A stretch of 64,000 bases of DNA, taken from the IMG/VR virus record IMGVR_UViG_3300047316_000072, positions 5,983 to 69,982 of that record. One strand, given 5' to 3'. The stretch's first letter is position 1. Each line of letters begins with the position of its first letter. Made by a program: the position numbers and the translations under genes. The notes under the pieces were generated by a model that worked only from the letters and a program-made list of their open reading frames with translations, was not told the origin of the DNA and searched no databases. The stretch is from a virus. This document shows, piece after piece, positions 1 through 9,415 of this stretch.

Positions 1-201
1 CTAACAGATTGTCATGATCATATCATGCGAGGAGACGTTAAGACCAAGATGGAAACACTTCTACAAGCCTTTACCAAGAAGCATTGCGTCAGCGTCAAGG
101 TTAGTCGATACAACCCAAGTAGCGAGCAGCGAAAGGGTAAGGCAATGCAGAAGTTGGCTCAAGATGTTCTGAACAACAAAGTCAACAAAGGAGGTAAGTG
201 A
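1..201 (+). CDS. partial hypothetical protein (5' end probably outside the window)
   Basis: Frame 1 is open from base 1 to TGA at 199-201, overlapping the next GTG start. Confidence 0.5.
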   Translation, partial: LTDCHDHIMRGDVKTKMETLLQAFTKKHCVSVKVSRYNPSSEQRKGKAMQKLAQDVLNNKVNKGGK

Positions 202-626
202 GTAGCATGTCGGACAGCAACGATGACTCACAAGGCTTTGTGACTCAGTGGAGTAAGATCCCGATCCCAAAGAACCCGCAACGGAAGCGCAAGCTCCAAA
301 GAGCTACCCAGACCCTCAGTGCCCGCCGAGAGCGATTTAAGCAGTACGTTAAGGAGCAGAATCTGGAGTCCAATGAATTTGTCCAGGAGGTGCTACGTAG
401 AATGCCCACACAACACAACGTGAACATGAACCCGAACAATACACCTCGGATCTTCATGTCAGAAGAGGACGCCTTTGAGATGTTGTGTAGCGAATGCCTC
501 CGTCAAGAGAGGTACCCGCAAGACGTCCTTAACAAAGGCCAAGCTAAGGGTTGGTCGGCTCGAATCAAGATGGCGGCCGAGAAGTGGGGTTGGGATATCC
601 AGATCAGCATTAGGGACAAACAGTAG
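198..626 (+). CDS. hypothetical protein
   Basis: 142-aa ORF, AAGGAGGT SD, GTGA coupling with the upstream ORF. Confidence 0.75.
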   Translation: MSSMSDSNDDSQGFVTQWSKIPIPKNPQRKRKLQRATQTLSARRERFKQYVKEQNLESNEFVQEVLRRMPTQHNVNMNPNNTPRIFMSEEDAFEMLCSECLRQERYPQDVLNKGQAKGWSARIKMAAEKWGWDIQISIRDKQ

Positions 627-645
627 CTAACACGGAGGAAACACA

Positions 646-912
646 ATGTGGTTCAGCGACAAGATAGTCAGTGACGTAGAAGATGTGGCAGTAATCCGTT
701 ACGTAGGCTGGGAAGAGGTAGCCAACTGGAACGAACACCGACGTAAAGGCGAAGTCCGATTGTTCACAGGATGGGCTTGGTTCAGTCGCAAAGACGGACG
801 ACATCAGCAAGGTCTGAAGACCATTAGCGCAGCATACCGTGATGCCTACTACGTCTTAGTCTCCGGACAGGCTACTCCTCGACTGCGTGTAGTAGCTAGG
901 AGGGTTGCATAG
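646..912 (+). CDS. hypothetical protein
   Basis: GGAGG SD, 88 aa, packed in the operon. Confidence 0.75.
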   Translation: MWFSDKIVSDVEDVAVIRYVGWEEVANWNEHRRKGEVRLFTGWAWFSRKDGRHQQGLKTISAAYRDAYYVLVSGQATPRLRVVARRVA

Positions 913-1391
913 TGCCAGCAACTCCTATCCAGATTGCCAGATTCGGCCACATAGCGGCAGCGATCCGCGCTGCTATGGAGGCTCAAGGAATGGCTCCCAC
1001 TGAGTTGACTGCAAAGCTCGGCATCACGAAGGGACGCACCACTATTTATCCCTGGATTAACGGAACCTCAGCTCCAAGTCCACCCTTTCGTACCAAGCTC
1101 ATGAAGATCCTCAGCCTAACAAAGGCTGAGCTGACAGCAAAAGATCTTGACAACACATCAAATCTACCCGCACTCACTCACACTCATACGAACGCGGTGA
1201 CAATCGCATCCTCACACTTACCAAAGCCTCAAGAAGTGCTCCAGTTCACGGTTCTCAACAATGGCCAAGCGCGAATAAGACTTGACGTCATGCTCGAGAT
1301 CCAAGACGCAATGCCGCTCATGCGACTCCTTATGGACGCTGAAGCGGTTAAGAATCAACATACCGGATCCCCTCAGCCGGTATCTGAGTAA
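912..1391 (+). CDS. XRE/Cro-like HTH regulator
   Basis: IRAAMEAQGMAPTELTAKLGITKGRTTIYPWINGTSAP resembles an XRE HTH. Confidence 0.7.
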   Translation: MPATPIQIARFGHIAAAIRAAMEAQGMAPTELTAKLGITKGRTTIYPWINGTSAPSPPFRTKLMKILSLTKAELTAKDLDNTSNLPALTHTHTNAVTIASSHLPKPQEVLQFTVLNNGQARIRLDVMLEIQDAMPLMRLLMDAEAVKNQHTGSPQPVSE

Positions 1392-1421
1392 CTCGAGGGA
1401 ACGAAGGAGTAACTAAAGCCC

Positions 1422-2180
1422 ATGAGACACAACATCCTGATGGCCACAACGGCTATCACACTGGCGGCGACACTGGGATTAAGTACCCCAGCGAGTGCCG
1501 ATATCGTCTTCCAACTAGGGAACCATCCGCAGCAGCCAAGCGAAGAGAACATTCTCTTCACCAATGGTGAGAGCGGCCTTACGTTGACGGACGGTCAAGT
1601 GGACCACACCGGTGCGTCGGTACTCTTTACCACGCTGGGAAGCCCATTACAGGTCCTCGCGCAAGCGAGCGGCGGTCAGGCCAAGATTGAGTGCTTGGCT
1701 AACTGCGTTGATAACAACCCAATCCACAATCCTGACGACAACCAGCTAAGCTCGATCTCGATGCGTGCTGGTACGTTGAATGGTGCAGCAACAGCTTGGA
1801 CTGACGCCATCATCGACTTGACTAACGGTGTTGGTACGGCTCTTGTAACAGTGACGGATAACTTCGGTAACCCGTTCACTTACAGTCTGGGTAATGGCTC
1901 GAACTTCCTAACTATGGTAGCAGTACCAGGGTCAGGCGAGGTGATTACTCGGATCGACGTGACGAACGCCAATCCAGGGCAAGCATTCGGCTTCACGCAG
2001 TTTGATCAACCGCGCGTTTCCGGGCTGTGCACTCTGGTTGGTGCTACTTGCACTACGGTTCCAGTTCCGGAACCTACTGGGTTGCTGATCCTGACAACTT
2101 CCGCTCTGGGTCTCCTGTGGGCGAAGAAGAAGGGTCGCAAGGTCTGCAAGCGTGAAATGACGACCGTAACCGTCGGCTAG
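1422..2180 (+). CDS. PEP-CTERM sorting-domain protein
   Basis: Signal peptide (..PASA/DI); C-terminal VPEPT + transmembrane helix + basic KKKGRK. Confidence 0.9.
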   Translation: MRHNILMATTAITLAATLGLSTPASADIVFQLGNHPQQPSEENILFTNGESGLTLTDGQVDHTGASVLFTTLGSPLQVLAQASGGQAKIECLANCVDNNPIHNPDDNQLSSISMRAGTLNGAATAWTDAIIDLTNGVGTALVTVTDNFGNPFTYSLGNGSNFLTMVAVPGSGEVITRIDVTNANPGQAFGFTQFDQPRVSGLCTLVGATCTTVPVPEPTGLLILTTSALGLLWAKKKGRKVCKREMTTVTVG

Positions 2181-2189
2181 CGCTTACAG

Positions 2190-2227
2190 GGTGGGTGGGG
2201 AGAGTCTCCCAGATCTCCCCACCCATC
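2190..2227 (+). terminator. intergenic hairpin between the PEP-CTERM genes
   Basis: GGTGGGTGGGGAGA / TCTCCCCACCCATC inverted repeat, no U-tract. Confidence 0.5.
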
Positions 2228-2274
2228 ACTACTCTGACGTGCCTATCAACAGCCACAACACAAAGGCAACTACC

Positions 2275-2943
2275 ATGAGACACAACACTCTGCTGGCAGC
2301 AACCGCTCTGGCAGGACTACTGAGCCTCACTCCCCTACTCACGGCCAACGCTGCCCTGATCACAGGGTTCTCTCAGGAGCCTACGTCAAACACCGTCACA
2401 GCGACGGACAACGGGACGACTACCACAATCAGCTACAGCAACGTCCTGACTACGCTCGGCGGCGGTATCTTGGGTAGCATCCCAGGGGCGGTGATGAGCT
2501 TGACCGCGACCTCGATCGATGCGGCGACCTTGATCGCGGGCAACATCATCCAGCACTACAGTGGCACCTTCTGCATCAGCAGCGTCGCTAGCTGCGGCGG
2601 GAACTTCCTCTCTGGGACGTTCACGGACGCAGCGTTTGGTGGCAACGGCGGACCTGGCCTGACGGTTAATGTCAACAACCCGCCAGAAAGCTTGACGATG
2701 ACGAGTAATGTTCTTGCAGCGAGTGTCTTGATCCCACCGAACTCGTTCAGCCTCGGTTTCAGCAACGTGACTCCGACGCTGCACATCGACGGGACGACCA
2801 TTGGTGCCTTCACTGCTAGCTACTCGGGCACGGTATCGTCCGAGGCCGCAGCGGTGCCAGAGCCTATGACCTTGGCCCTTATGGGCGTCGGTCTTCTGGG
2901 GCTGACTATGGTCAAGACCTTCAGCGGCAAGAAGCAGAGCTAG
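2275..2943 (+). CDS. PEP-CTERM sorting-domain protein
   Basis: Start MRHNTLLAATA matches the previous gene; signal peptide ANA/A; C-terminal VPEPMTLALMGVGLLGL + basic tail. Confidence 0.9.
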   Translation: MRHNTLLAATALAGLLSLTPLLTANAALITGFSQEPTSNTVTATDNGTTTTISYSNVLTTLGGGILGSIPGAVMSLTATSIDAATLIAGNIIQHYSGTFCISSVASCGGNFLSGTFTDAAFGGNGGPGLTVNVNNPPESLTMTSNVLAASVLIPPNSFSLGFSNVTPTLHIDGTTIGAFTASYSGTVSSEAAAVPEPMTLALMGVGLLGLTMVKTFSGKKQS

Positions 2944-2959
2944 TCTAACCAGTTAACTC

Positions 2960-3030
2960 AGGGGTACGCATCGTGCAAACTCACAACTACAACCTGCCAA
3001 CTGTGAGTGGTTCGTACCCCTCTTTTTCTT
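2960..3030 (+). terminator. long stem-loop with U-tract
   Basis: AGGGGTACG/CGTACCCCT outer stem, ACTCACA/TGTGAGT inner stem, followed by CTTTTTCTT. Confidence 0.6.
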
Positions 3031-3035
3031 ATGGT

Positions 3036-3083
3036 CGACCCTCATTTTGACACTTGATGACCCCAATGCCCTTATGCTATAAT
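3036..3083 (+). promoter_or_regulatory. phage promoter family member
   Basis: CGACCCTCATTTTGACAC-TTGATG-N18-TATAAT. Confidence 0.8.
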
Positions 3084-3117
3084 ACACACATAATGAGCAG
3101 AGGAGCAGCAACCACTC

Positions 3118-3480
3118 ATGGCAACCAAACACTACACTCCAGGTGAGTTCAAACGGGTCACTGTGACAATCACGTTCGATTACAGGTATAAAGACGTCAC
3201 AAAGGCGACCCTCAGAGAGTACCTGAAAGAGGCAGTCGAGGTATGGGGCGGTCAGTATGACCCAGGAGACATCAGCAATACAGATTTACATGACGCCGAC
3301 CCTCTGTTTTACGGATGTCGTAACGTCAAGGTAGGAGCAATTACAGATGCCGACAAGCCAGAAAGTGTTCAGTTACTACTTCAAGCAGATCCAGCCAAAC
3401 ATGTGGGAGCTAAGCAAGTTCGCAGGAAGCGAGGGCGGGGACGACCCGGAGCCAGTAGTAGTGTACAAGCTAAAGGGTGA
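3118..3480 (+). CDS. hypothetical protein
   Basis: GAGGAG SD directly downstream of a promoter. Confidence 0.7.
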   Translation: MATKHYTPGEFKRVTVTITFDYRYKDVTKATLREYLKEAVEVWGGQYDPGDISNTDLHDADPLFYGCRNVKVGAITDADKPESVQLLLQADPAKHVGAKQVRRKRGRGRPGASSSVQAKG

Positions 3481-3682
3481 TCCGTTCCAATCAGGCAAGT
3501 GGGCATGCGATTGTCCAGCGACGTGGGGAGGGAAGAACCGCAAGCTGGTTGAATGCAAACACGGCGTGTGGCTCCAGCGATGGCTCCAGATCCAACATAA
3601 CGGAACCCACAAGGGTAAGGTGATCTACTACAACAACGCAACTAACAGGTTCCACATCCTGAAAGGTCTGGAGACCGAATAG
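3347..3682 (+). CDS. SWIM zinc-finger protein
   Basis: WACDCPA...ECKHG (CxC-Xn-CxH); AGGAG SD. Confidence 0.75.
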   Translation: MPTSQKVFSYYFKQIQPNMWELSKFAGSEGGDDPEPVVVYKLKGDPFQSGKWACDCPATWGGKNRKLVECKHGVWLQRWLQIQHNGTHKGKVIYYNNATNRFHILKGLETE

Positions 3683-3683
3683 T

Positions 3684-3923
3684 ATGGAAGAAGCTGAGCA
3701 CGTCAAGCAGGGAAGAAGACTAGTCGATAAAATGGGCGAGTGGTTTGAGGCTGAAGAGCTCGAAACACCGTACGACATTCTCAGCGTCCTGAGTGTGGCT
3801 GTAATGATTACGATGGCAAGATTATCTCCTGGTATGTCCGTCCTTAGGCAACAGACAGATGCATTCGTAATGTCCCTCAACGATATGTTAAGTACTGTGG
3901 AGCAGCAGTGGGAGACTGAGTAA
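3684..3923 (+). CDS. hypothetical protein
   Basis: 79-aa ORF abutting the previous stop. Confidence 0.65.
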   Translation: MEEAEHVKQGRRLVDKMGEWFEAEELETPYDILSVLSVAVMITMARLSPGMSVLRQQTDAFVMSLNDMLSTVEQQWETE

Positions 3924-3943
3924 CTAGGCAAAAATCTTATGGG

Positions 3944-3991
3944 CAACCATCATTTTGACACTTGTGACATCATTAGACCTTATGCTATAAT
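3944..3991 (+). promoter_or_regulatory. phage promoter family member
   Basis: CAACCATCATTTTGACAC-TTGTGA-N18-TATAAT. Confidence 0.8.
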
Positions 3992-4020
3992 ACATCATAA
4001 TAGCAGAGGGACCAAAACAT

Positions 4021-4305
4021 ATGTACATAATCTACGATGACAACGAGGTCCGTATCCAGCGGGGCAGACCGAAGCCATATCATGAACAAGATGCAGTGGG
4101 CAATTGGGCACGACATTACGGTAACAGCAAGTACCTCACGTTCTTTGTCCAGAATGAGACGGACTTACAAGACAGACTACGAGCTCAACATGAGCTCACG
4201 ATCTGCCAAAGGAAGATGGACTACTGGAAGCGTCACATGAACTGGAACGCCAAAGAAGCAGCGCGCGCCGCAGAGCCAATTGACAAGATGTGGAAAGGGA
4301 AGTAA
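4021..4305 (+). CDS. hypothetical protein
   Basis: First ORF after the promoter, GAGGG SD. Confidence 0.7.
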   Translation: MYIIYDDNEVRIQRGRPKPYHEQDAVGNWARHYGNSKYLTFFVQNETDLQDRLRAQHELTICQRKMDYWKRHMNWNAKEAARAAEPIDKMWKGK

Positions 4306-4307
4306 AC

Positions 4308-4487
4308 ATGCCCAATCGATTCCTAGTTGCTCTGGTCAGTGCAGTAAACATACTGGAAGATGCAGGCTACCCTAATGAGGCTGCAACTCTTCAGGCCATC
4401 ATAGACCAGAAGGGCTGTGAGCACTTTGATCCAGCGTGTGAGGATGGCTCCTTAACCAGCCTGATCGCCATCATTGTGGAGGGATGA
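4308..4487 (+). CDS. hypothetical protein
   Basis: ATG 2 nt after the upstream stop. Confidence 0.55.
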   Translation: MPNRFLVALVSAVNILEDAGYPNEAATLQAIIDQKGCEHFDPACEDGSLTSLIAIIVEG

Positions 4488-4493
4488 CAACCC

Positions 4494-4676
4494 ATGACAC
4501 TGGAAGAAGCCTGTAAGGCAATGCTCAACGAACTGCGTGATGAGTACGATATGGGTCCAGGTGATGCCAAGGATCTGTTTGAAGCCATCTGGCACACAAT
4601 GGTCCAGGACTCCAAAGGGCAGCAACTCAACAAGTCGATCAACGACGTTGAAGATGAGTTCAACATAGGGCAGTAG
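4494..4676 (+). CDS. small acidic hypothetical protein
   Basis: GGAGG SD, 60 aa. Confidence 0.65.
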   Translation: MTLEEACKAMLNELRDEYDMGPGDAKDLFEAIWHTMVQDSKGQQLNKSINDVEDEFNIGQ

Positions 4677-4681
4677 CAACA

Positions 4682-4993
4682 ATGGTAAGAGCGCTAATGA
4701 GGTACGAAGCGGATCGCTTGAAACAACACCCACCTAAGCTGGCTCCTGGAGAAACTCTCCCTACCAAGCCAGTCTATTGGTTGATCTGGTTGTTTGACGA
4801 GAAGACCAATGTACCCGTTCACAGCCGGATGACTAACGATAAGCTCCTGACTCCGACAGAAGCCGCTATACAGTGCTACGATATTGCTCCCACAGAGCGT
4901 ATGCTGTTCTGGAACCTTACTAGCCGGGTCACTGAGTGCCGCAAACGGCTCCGGGAGCTCAGCAAGAAGTGGCATGAGGCGGGAGGGAAGTAG
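4682..4993 (+). CDS. hypothetical protein
   Basis: 103-aa ORF in a tightly packed operon. Confidence 0.65.
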   Translation: MVRALMRYEADRLKQHPPKLAPGETLPTKPVYWLIWLFDEKTNVPVHSRMTNDKLLTPTEAAIQCYDIAPTERMLFWNLTSRVTECRKRLRELSKKWHEAGGK

Positions 4994-4998
4994 AGCGC

Positions 4999-5187
4999 AT
5001 GCGACCTAGTGCCTACCGACAGACGAAGCTTGATGCGGTCATCACACTGTCAAGAGCTGGCTGGCGATCAGAGCGAATAGCAATGGCAATCAACATATCT
5101 CGGGCTACTATAGAGCGCGTGATAGTTGAACATCTCCGGGAGCGGCGTCTCAATCAGATCGGAGTAGGAATCCAACCACATGAGTGA
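4999..5187 (+). CDS. small HTH protein
   Basis: LSRAGWRSERIAMAINISRATIERVI helix-turn-helix pattern. Confidence 0.65.
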   Translation: MRPSAYRQTKLDAVITLSRAGWRSERIAMAINISRATIERVIVEHLRERRLNQIGVGIQPHE

Positions 5188-5785
5188 TACAGTACCCCTG
5201 AAGCTCAAACTGCACCCCAAAGCTAAGCAGCTCCTAAACAGTGTACGGAGGTCCCCTGATCAGAGGATCCTGAACGTCTGTGGGACATGTACAGAGTGCT
5301 GCCGTGTACTTGCGGTGGAGGAGATCAGTAAAGCAGAAAACACAACGTGCAAGCATGACTGCAATGGCGGTTGCAAGATCTACAAAACCCGTCCAGGTAG
5401 TTGCAAAGGATACACGTGTGTCTATCACACCTGGATGACTGAGGGAGAACCCGTCCCTCTATCCTTAAGGCCAGACAGATCCAAGGTGATCATTGACTAC
5501 ATGCCACATCTGAAGATGCATTTTGTCCGGGTAGATACGTTGACTCAAAAGGCCTGGCAAAAGCCTCCCGTCATTAACATCATCACCTCCATGTTGCTTC
5601 AGCCGAATGTAGAGATGATCCTCATGGTGGACGGTGAGCCCAGAGGCAAGTTCAAGGCAGACACGTTTAAGGGTATGATCCGACCCAACTCAGTCGAGGT
5701 CGATACCTCAGAAAAGATCCAGAAGCAGTTGACTCATCTGAAGGGCCTAAAAATAACTTTGGGCGACCATCAAAAGCCCTCTTGA
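5180..5785 (+). CDS. YkgJ-like CxxCxxCC cysteine-cluster protein
   Basis: CGTCTECC...CKH...CKIYKTRPGSCKGYTC. Confidence 0.75.
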   Translation: MSDTVPLKLKLHPKAKQLLNSVRRSPDQRILNVCGTCTECCRVLAVEEISKAENTTCKHDCNGGCKIYKTRPGSCKGYTCVYHTWMTEGEPVPLSLRPDRSKVIIDYMPHLKMHFVRVDTLTQKAWQKPPVINIITSMLLQPNVEMILMVDGEPRGKFKADTFKGMIRPNSVEVDTSEKIQKQLTHLKGLKITLGDHQKPS

Positions 5786-5811
5786 TTACCCTTGTGTACT
5801 TACTATATAAT
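5764..5811 (+). promoter_or_regulatory. phage promoter family member
   Basis: CGACCATCAAAAGCCCTC-TTGATT-N18-TATAAT. Confidence 0.75.
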
Positions 5812-5831
5812 ACAACTATGAAAGAGGAAAC

Positions 5832-6194
5832 ATGAGAATGCCACCTAAGTACAGAGTGCCAGACATACGCAACGCCACCCTCAGTCACATGATGGACGAG
5901 GCTGTGAAGTATCGCCTACAGAAGAGCGAGGGCGACTTCTATGACAAGTTCTACTCTACAGCCATCAAGGCCCGCATGGGTAACAAAGACGAGGCTGTAG
6001 GAGAGAACTACGTTGCGGTGCTAACTACGGCTATCTCCACACGTATCAGTGCCGATCTATGCAGAGAATTGCTGGACGCGGAAATGCTAGCGAAGGTCAC
6101 TGTAGAAGGAGAAGTGGTCACGCTACGTTTCAGTAAACGAGCAACTGCAGACGCGGTAGCTGCACAGCTGGAGCACTCAACCAATGGAGAATGA
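5832..6194 (+). CDS. hypothetical protein
   Basis: GAGGA SD after the promoter. Confidence 0.7.
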   Translation: MRMPPKYRVPDIRNATLSHMMDEAVKYRLQKSEGDFYDKFYSTAIKARMGNKDEAVGENYVAVLTTAISTRISADLCRELLDAEMLAKVTVEGEVVTLRFSKRATADAVAAQLEHSTNGE

Positions 6195-6624
6195 AATGGA
6201 TACTAACACTAGCCCCACTCCTGACTTGCTGGATGTGGAGACCTTGGGTCTCCTCTCCCCAGCAGTTCGTAACACGACCACTCAAGTGATCACGCCTGAG
6301 GACTTCCTACTGCGTGAGAAGATGCTGTTCCTCCTAACGATCTACCCCAAGCTGACTCCAACGATGTTACACGTTGGTATCGGTCCTCAAGTTCGCCCTC
6401 AGACTTGGAGGCCCGTGCTGGAAGCACTAATCAGGGAGAAGAAGATCAAGAAGGAGTACTTGTCAGTGACAACTCCTAAAGGACAGTACAGGACCTACAC
6501 TGTCCTATCCCTAGCAAGTCCTATCTCCATTGAGGAGTGGGAAGAGTTGTTCCGTACTCGAGGTGCCAGCTCCGACATTGCTGAGCAGATTGCAGCAGCT
6601 GCTGAAGGTTACAGACTAGACTAG
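6184..6624 (+). CDS. hypothetical protein, possibly winged-helix
   Basis: 146-aa ORF; helix-helix-beta-hairpin-like pattern; start uncertain. Confidence 0.6.
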   Translation: MENEMDTNTSPTPDLLDVETLGLLSPAVRNTTTQVITPEDFLLREKMLFLLTIYPKLTPTMLHVGIGPQVRPQTWRPVLEALIREKKIKKEYLSVTTPKGQYRTYTVLSLASPISIEEWEELFRTRGASSDIAEQIAAAAEGYRLD

Positions 6625-6723
6625 CCAATCATCCCTCCAAACCTCTAGTCACATCAAATGGAGTGTGGCTAGAGGTCTGTAGTTAAGATGACAGAAAGAT
6701 GAATGGGAAGGGAAACCTGACTT

Positions 6724-9318
6724 ATGTCAGATGAGGGAAGCTCACACGATGATGGGACGGATGCGGATGCAAATAGGGGAACAGCAATTCACGGGTTCTT
6801 TCCGGAAGAGGTCCTCACTGACTTAAGGAAGTCTGGACTCAGCCCCTCCGACATGAAGATAAGGTTCCTTAGTAGCTCCGAGCGAGCCGCCTGCTTGTGT
6901 GGCCGTGCTACAAGGGGTTATGTCATCCCTTACTTTGACTCTGAGGAAGGGGATCTAACCGACTTCTACCGAGTTAAGGTATTGAACCCTGATGCAGAAA
7001 ACGGAGCCAAGTACAAGCAGCCCCATAAGTCAGCTAACCGCGTCTACTTTCCTCTTCACTTCCAGCTTGCTCTCAAAGACTGGATAAGGAAGCACAACGA
7101 TCACCGCCTGATCGTGATCACTGAGGGTGAGAAGAAGGCAACATGCGCCGTAAAGAACCTCATTCCATGTGTAGGGCTGGGAGGAGTTAGCAGCTGGAAG
7201 TCTAACAAGATCGAGCTGTCAGCCAACGATACAGAGCTCTACTATAAGCCCGGCCAAAAGGGAAACGACAAAAAGATAACAGCTACAGTCCATAATATGG
7301 ACAGGGACAAGCTGTATGAAGTCCTGAACCAGCTTGCTGAGGGTATAGTAGAGGTAAAGAACATCGCCAACACATACGGTTGTAAGATTGTTATAGTGTT
7401 TGACTCGGACAACAAGGGGGATCTGAAGTCTCAGGTCCAACTAGCAGCTGCATCCCTGGGGTATGGTTTTAAGAGGATGGGAATACCCAGCGGCCGTATT
7501 AAACTACTCAAGCTGCCTAATGCACACCCTGATCTCAAGATGGGGCTGGATGATTACATCCAAACGATAGGTACTAAGAGCCTACAAGACCTCCTAACCA
7601 GGATACACGATGAGCCCAATGCATTCCCCAGGATGCCCGACGTCAAAGGGTATTTCAGTAGCTCCTTAACGTATCACAGTACCCGACAGCAACACGATCA
7701 GATGGCCACCGTAGCAATATGCGAGCTTGACGCAGTGGGCCAACGCATGAGGGAAAGAACTACTCGCCGCCTGTTCTACTTCCATAGGCCTACTAACTCC
7801 CTGATGGCTGCAGAGATATTTGGCAGCTCACCTGACAGTGCAATCAACAAGCCCTTCAGGGAGTTCATGTACAATGAGTTTGGTCTGAACTCATCAGACC
7901 AGAAACTTAACGCCCACATAGGGGCACAGTATGCTGGAGAGCCTCCTATACTGGAGGTTAAGCCTAGGCGGGTTCGTTGCCTGATCACGGAAACCGAAGA
8001 CCCAATGAACCCTTATGGCCTGGCTATACAAGCCAGCGATGGCAAATATTTTGCAGTCTCACCTAACCCCAAAAGCCCCATCACTCTAGTAGACAATGGG
8101 ACTAACGGGATACTGTTTGAGAAAGATCAGGTGGAAGCCATTGACTATGAACGTACCTTAGACCATGTTGACGAGCAGATTAAAGAAGGGCCTCCGTTGG
8201 ACAACTGGTGGCATCGGGTCCTGGAAGATACAAACCTAGAGCCACGTATGAGACGATGTGCTTCCCTACTCTTCTACATCAGTCCATGGCTGCTTCGTTG
8301 GAACGGCCTACAGCTTCCTGTAGAGATCATGATAGGCGAAGCAGGAAGCGGCAAGTCGAGTATCTATGAATTGCGTCAGGCTATCCTCACAGGGCGTCCT
8401 GTTCTACGTAACGCCCCTAAGGACTTTAGGGACTGGATTGCGAGCATCACCAGTACGGGCGGCCTTATAGCTTATGACAATGTACACTTTGTCAAGAGCC
8501 CTGTCCGTCAGGAGATCAGCGACGACTTATGCCGGCTTACTACCGAGCGGGATCCTCACGTAGAGAGCCGACAGCTCTATACTACGGCAGACCTTCTGAG
8601 GATACCTGTGGATGCGACCTTCGCGTTTACTGCCATCCAGCAGATATTCATGAACAGTGACCTTTTCCAGCGCGCCATTATATTTGAACTGACGAAGGAT
8701 GATCGACCATATGACGGCTCTTGGGTCCAGACTATGCTGGACAAGTATGAGGGGCGTGAGGCCTGGATGGCCCATCATCTTACCTTCATCCACCGCTTCC
8801 TCCGACGTGCGCAGTTTGAACTCGAGAACTGGAGTAGTAACAGATCCATAGATCTCAGGCTATCCCACTTTGAGAAGGTCCTACGCCTAGCGGGTGATGT
8901 GCTTGGCTACACCTCAACTGACATGGACGATATCTGCAGTACGATAACAACAACCCAAAAAACGTCCTTTGAGGGGGCAGATTATACCTTCAGCGGCCTA
9001 AGAGCATTCTGTGACTACCGTCGCCAAAATGATCTTGCAACACCTGATAGGAAATTCCATGCAGGGGAAATTACAGAGTGGGCTATGACGCAGGAAACCT
9101 TAGGTGACAATCAGGTCCTCAACAATTCCAGGAAACTAGGGCTATATATCAAGTCTAACCAGGCACGGTGCCGAAGTGACATAGGCCTTGTCATGTTACC
9201 GGGGAAGTATATGAACTCGTACAGGTACAGAGTAATGTCCAACAATGAAATGGCTTACGAGAAGGAGCATAACCATCTCAAAAAAGAGAATGATGGTCCA
9301 CCATCGAAAGACCGTTGA
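6724..9318 (+). CDS. primase-helicase (DUF3854/Toprim-like + P-loop NTPase)
   Basis: ITEGEKKA, GLGGVSSW, IVFDSD, KMGLDDYI Toprim motifs; Walker A GEAGSGKS. Confidence 0.85.
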   Translation: MSDEGSSHDDGTDADANRGTAIHGFFPEEVLTDLRKSGLSPSDMKIRFLSSSERAACLCGRATRGYVIPYFDSEEGDLTDFYRVKVLNPDAENGAKYKQPHKSANRVYFPLHFQLALKDWIRKHNDHRLIVITEGEKKATCAVKNLIPCVGLGGVSSWKSNKIELSANDTELYYKPGQKGNDKKITATVHNMDRDKLYEVLNQLAEGIVEVKNIANTYGCKIVIVFDSDNKGDLKSQVQLAAASLGYGFKRMGIPSGRIKLLKLPNAHPDLKMGLDDYIQTIGTKSLQDLLTRIHDEPNAFPRMPDVKGYFSSSLTYHSTRQQHDQMATVAICELDAVGQRMRERTTRRLFYFHRPTNSLMAAEIFGSSPDSAINKPFREFMYNEFGLNSSDQKLNAHIGAQYAGEPPILEVKPRRVRCLITETEDPMNPYGLAIQASDGKYFAVSPNPKSPITLVDNGTNGILFEKDQVEAIDYERTLDHVDEQIKEGPPLDNWWHRVLEDTNLEPRMRRCASLLFYISPWLLRWNGLQLPVEIMIGEAGSGKSSIYELRQAILTGRPVLRNAPKDFRDWIASITSTGGLIAYDNVHFVKSPVRQEISDDLCRLTTERDPHVESRQLYTTADLLRIPVDATFAFTAIQQIFMNSDLFQRAIIFELTKDDRPYDGSWVQTMLDKYEGREAWMAHHLTFIHRFLRRAQFELENWSSNRSIDLRLSHFEKVLRLAGDVLGYTSTDMDDICSTITTTQKTSFEGADYTFSGLRAFCDYRRQNDLATPDRKFHAGEITEWAMTQETLGDNQVLNNSRKLGLYIKSNQARCRSDIGLVMLPGKYMNSYRYRVMSNNEMAYEKEHNHLKKENDGPPSKDR

Positions 9319-9343
9319 TTTCATCTCAAGGCTCCTATATAAT
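9300..9343 (+). promoter_or_regulatory. phage promoter family member
   Basis: ACCATCGAAAGACCG-TTGATT-N17-TATAAT. Confidence 0.6.
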
Positions 9344-9415
9344 AGACGTCAGAGGGAAGAGAAAACAACCCAATCGCCGCTACCCTCTAGCGGCTCAACA
9401 ACGAGGTACACTACC

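Noticed and set aside
912-1391. Lysogeny module around the XRE-like gene
   Set aside because: No integrase, partition genes or divergent repressor pair in the window.
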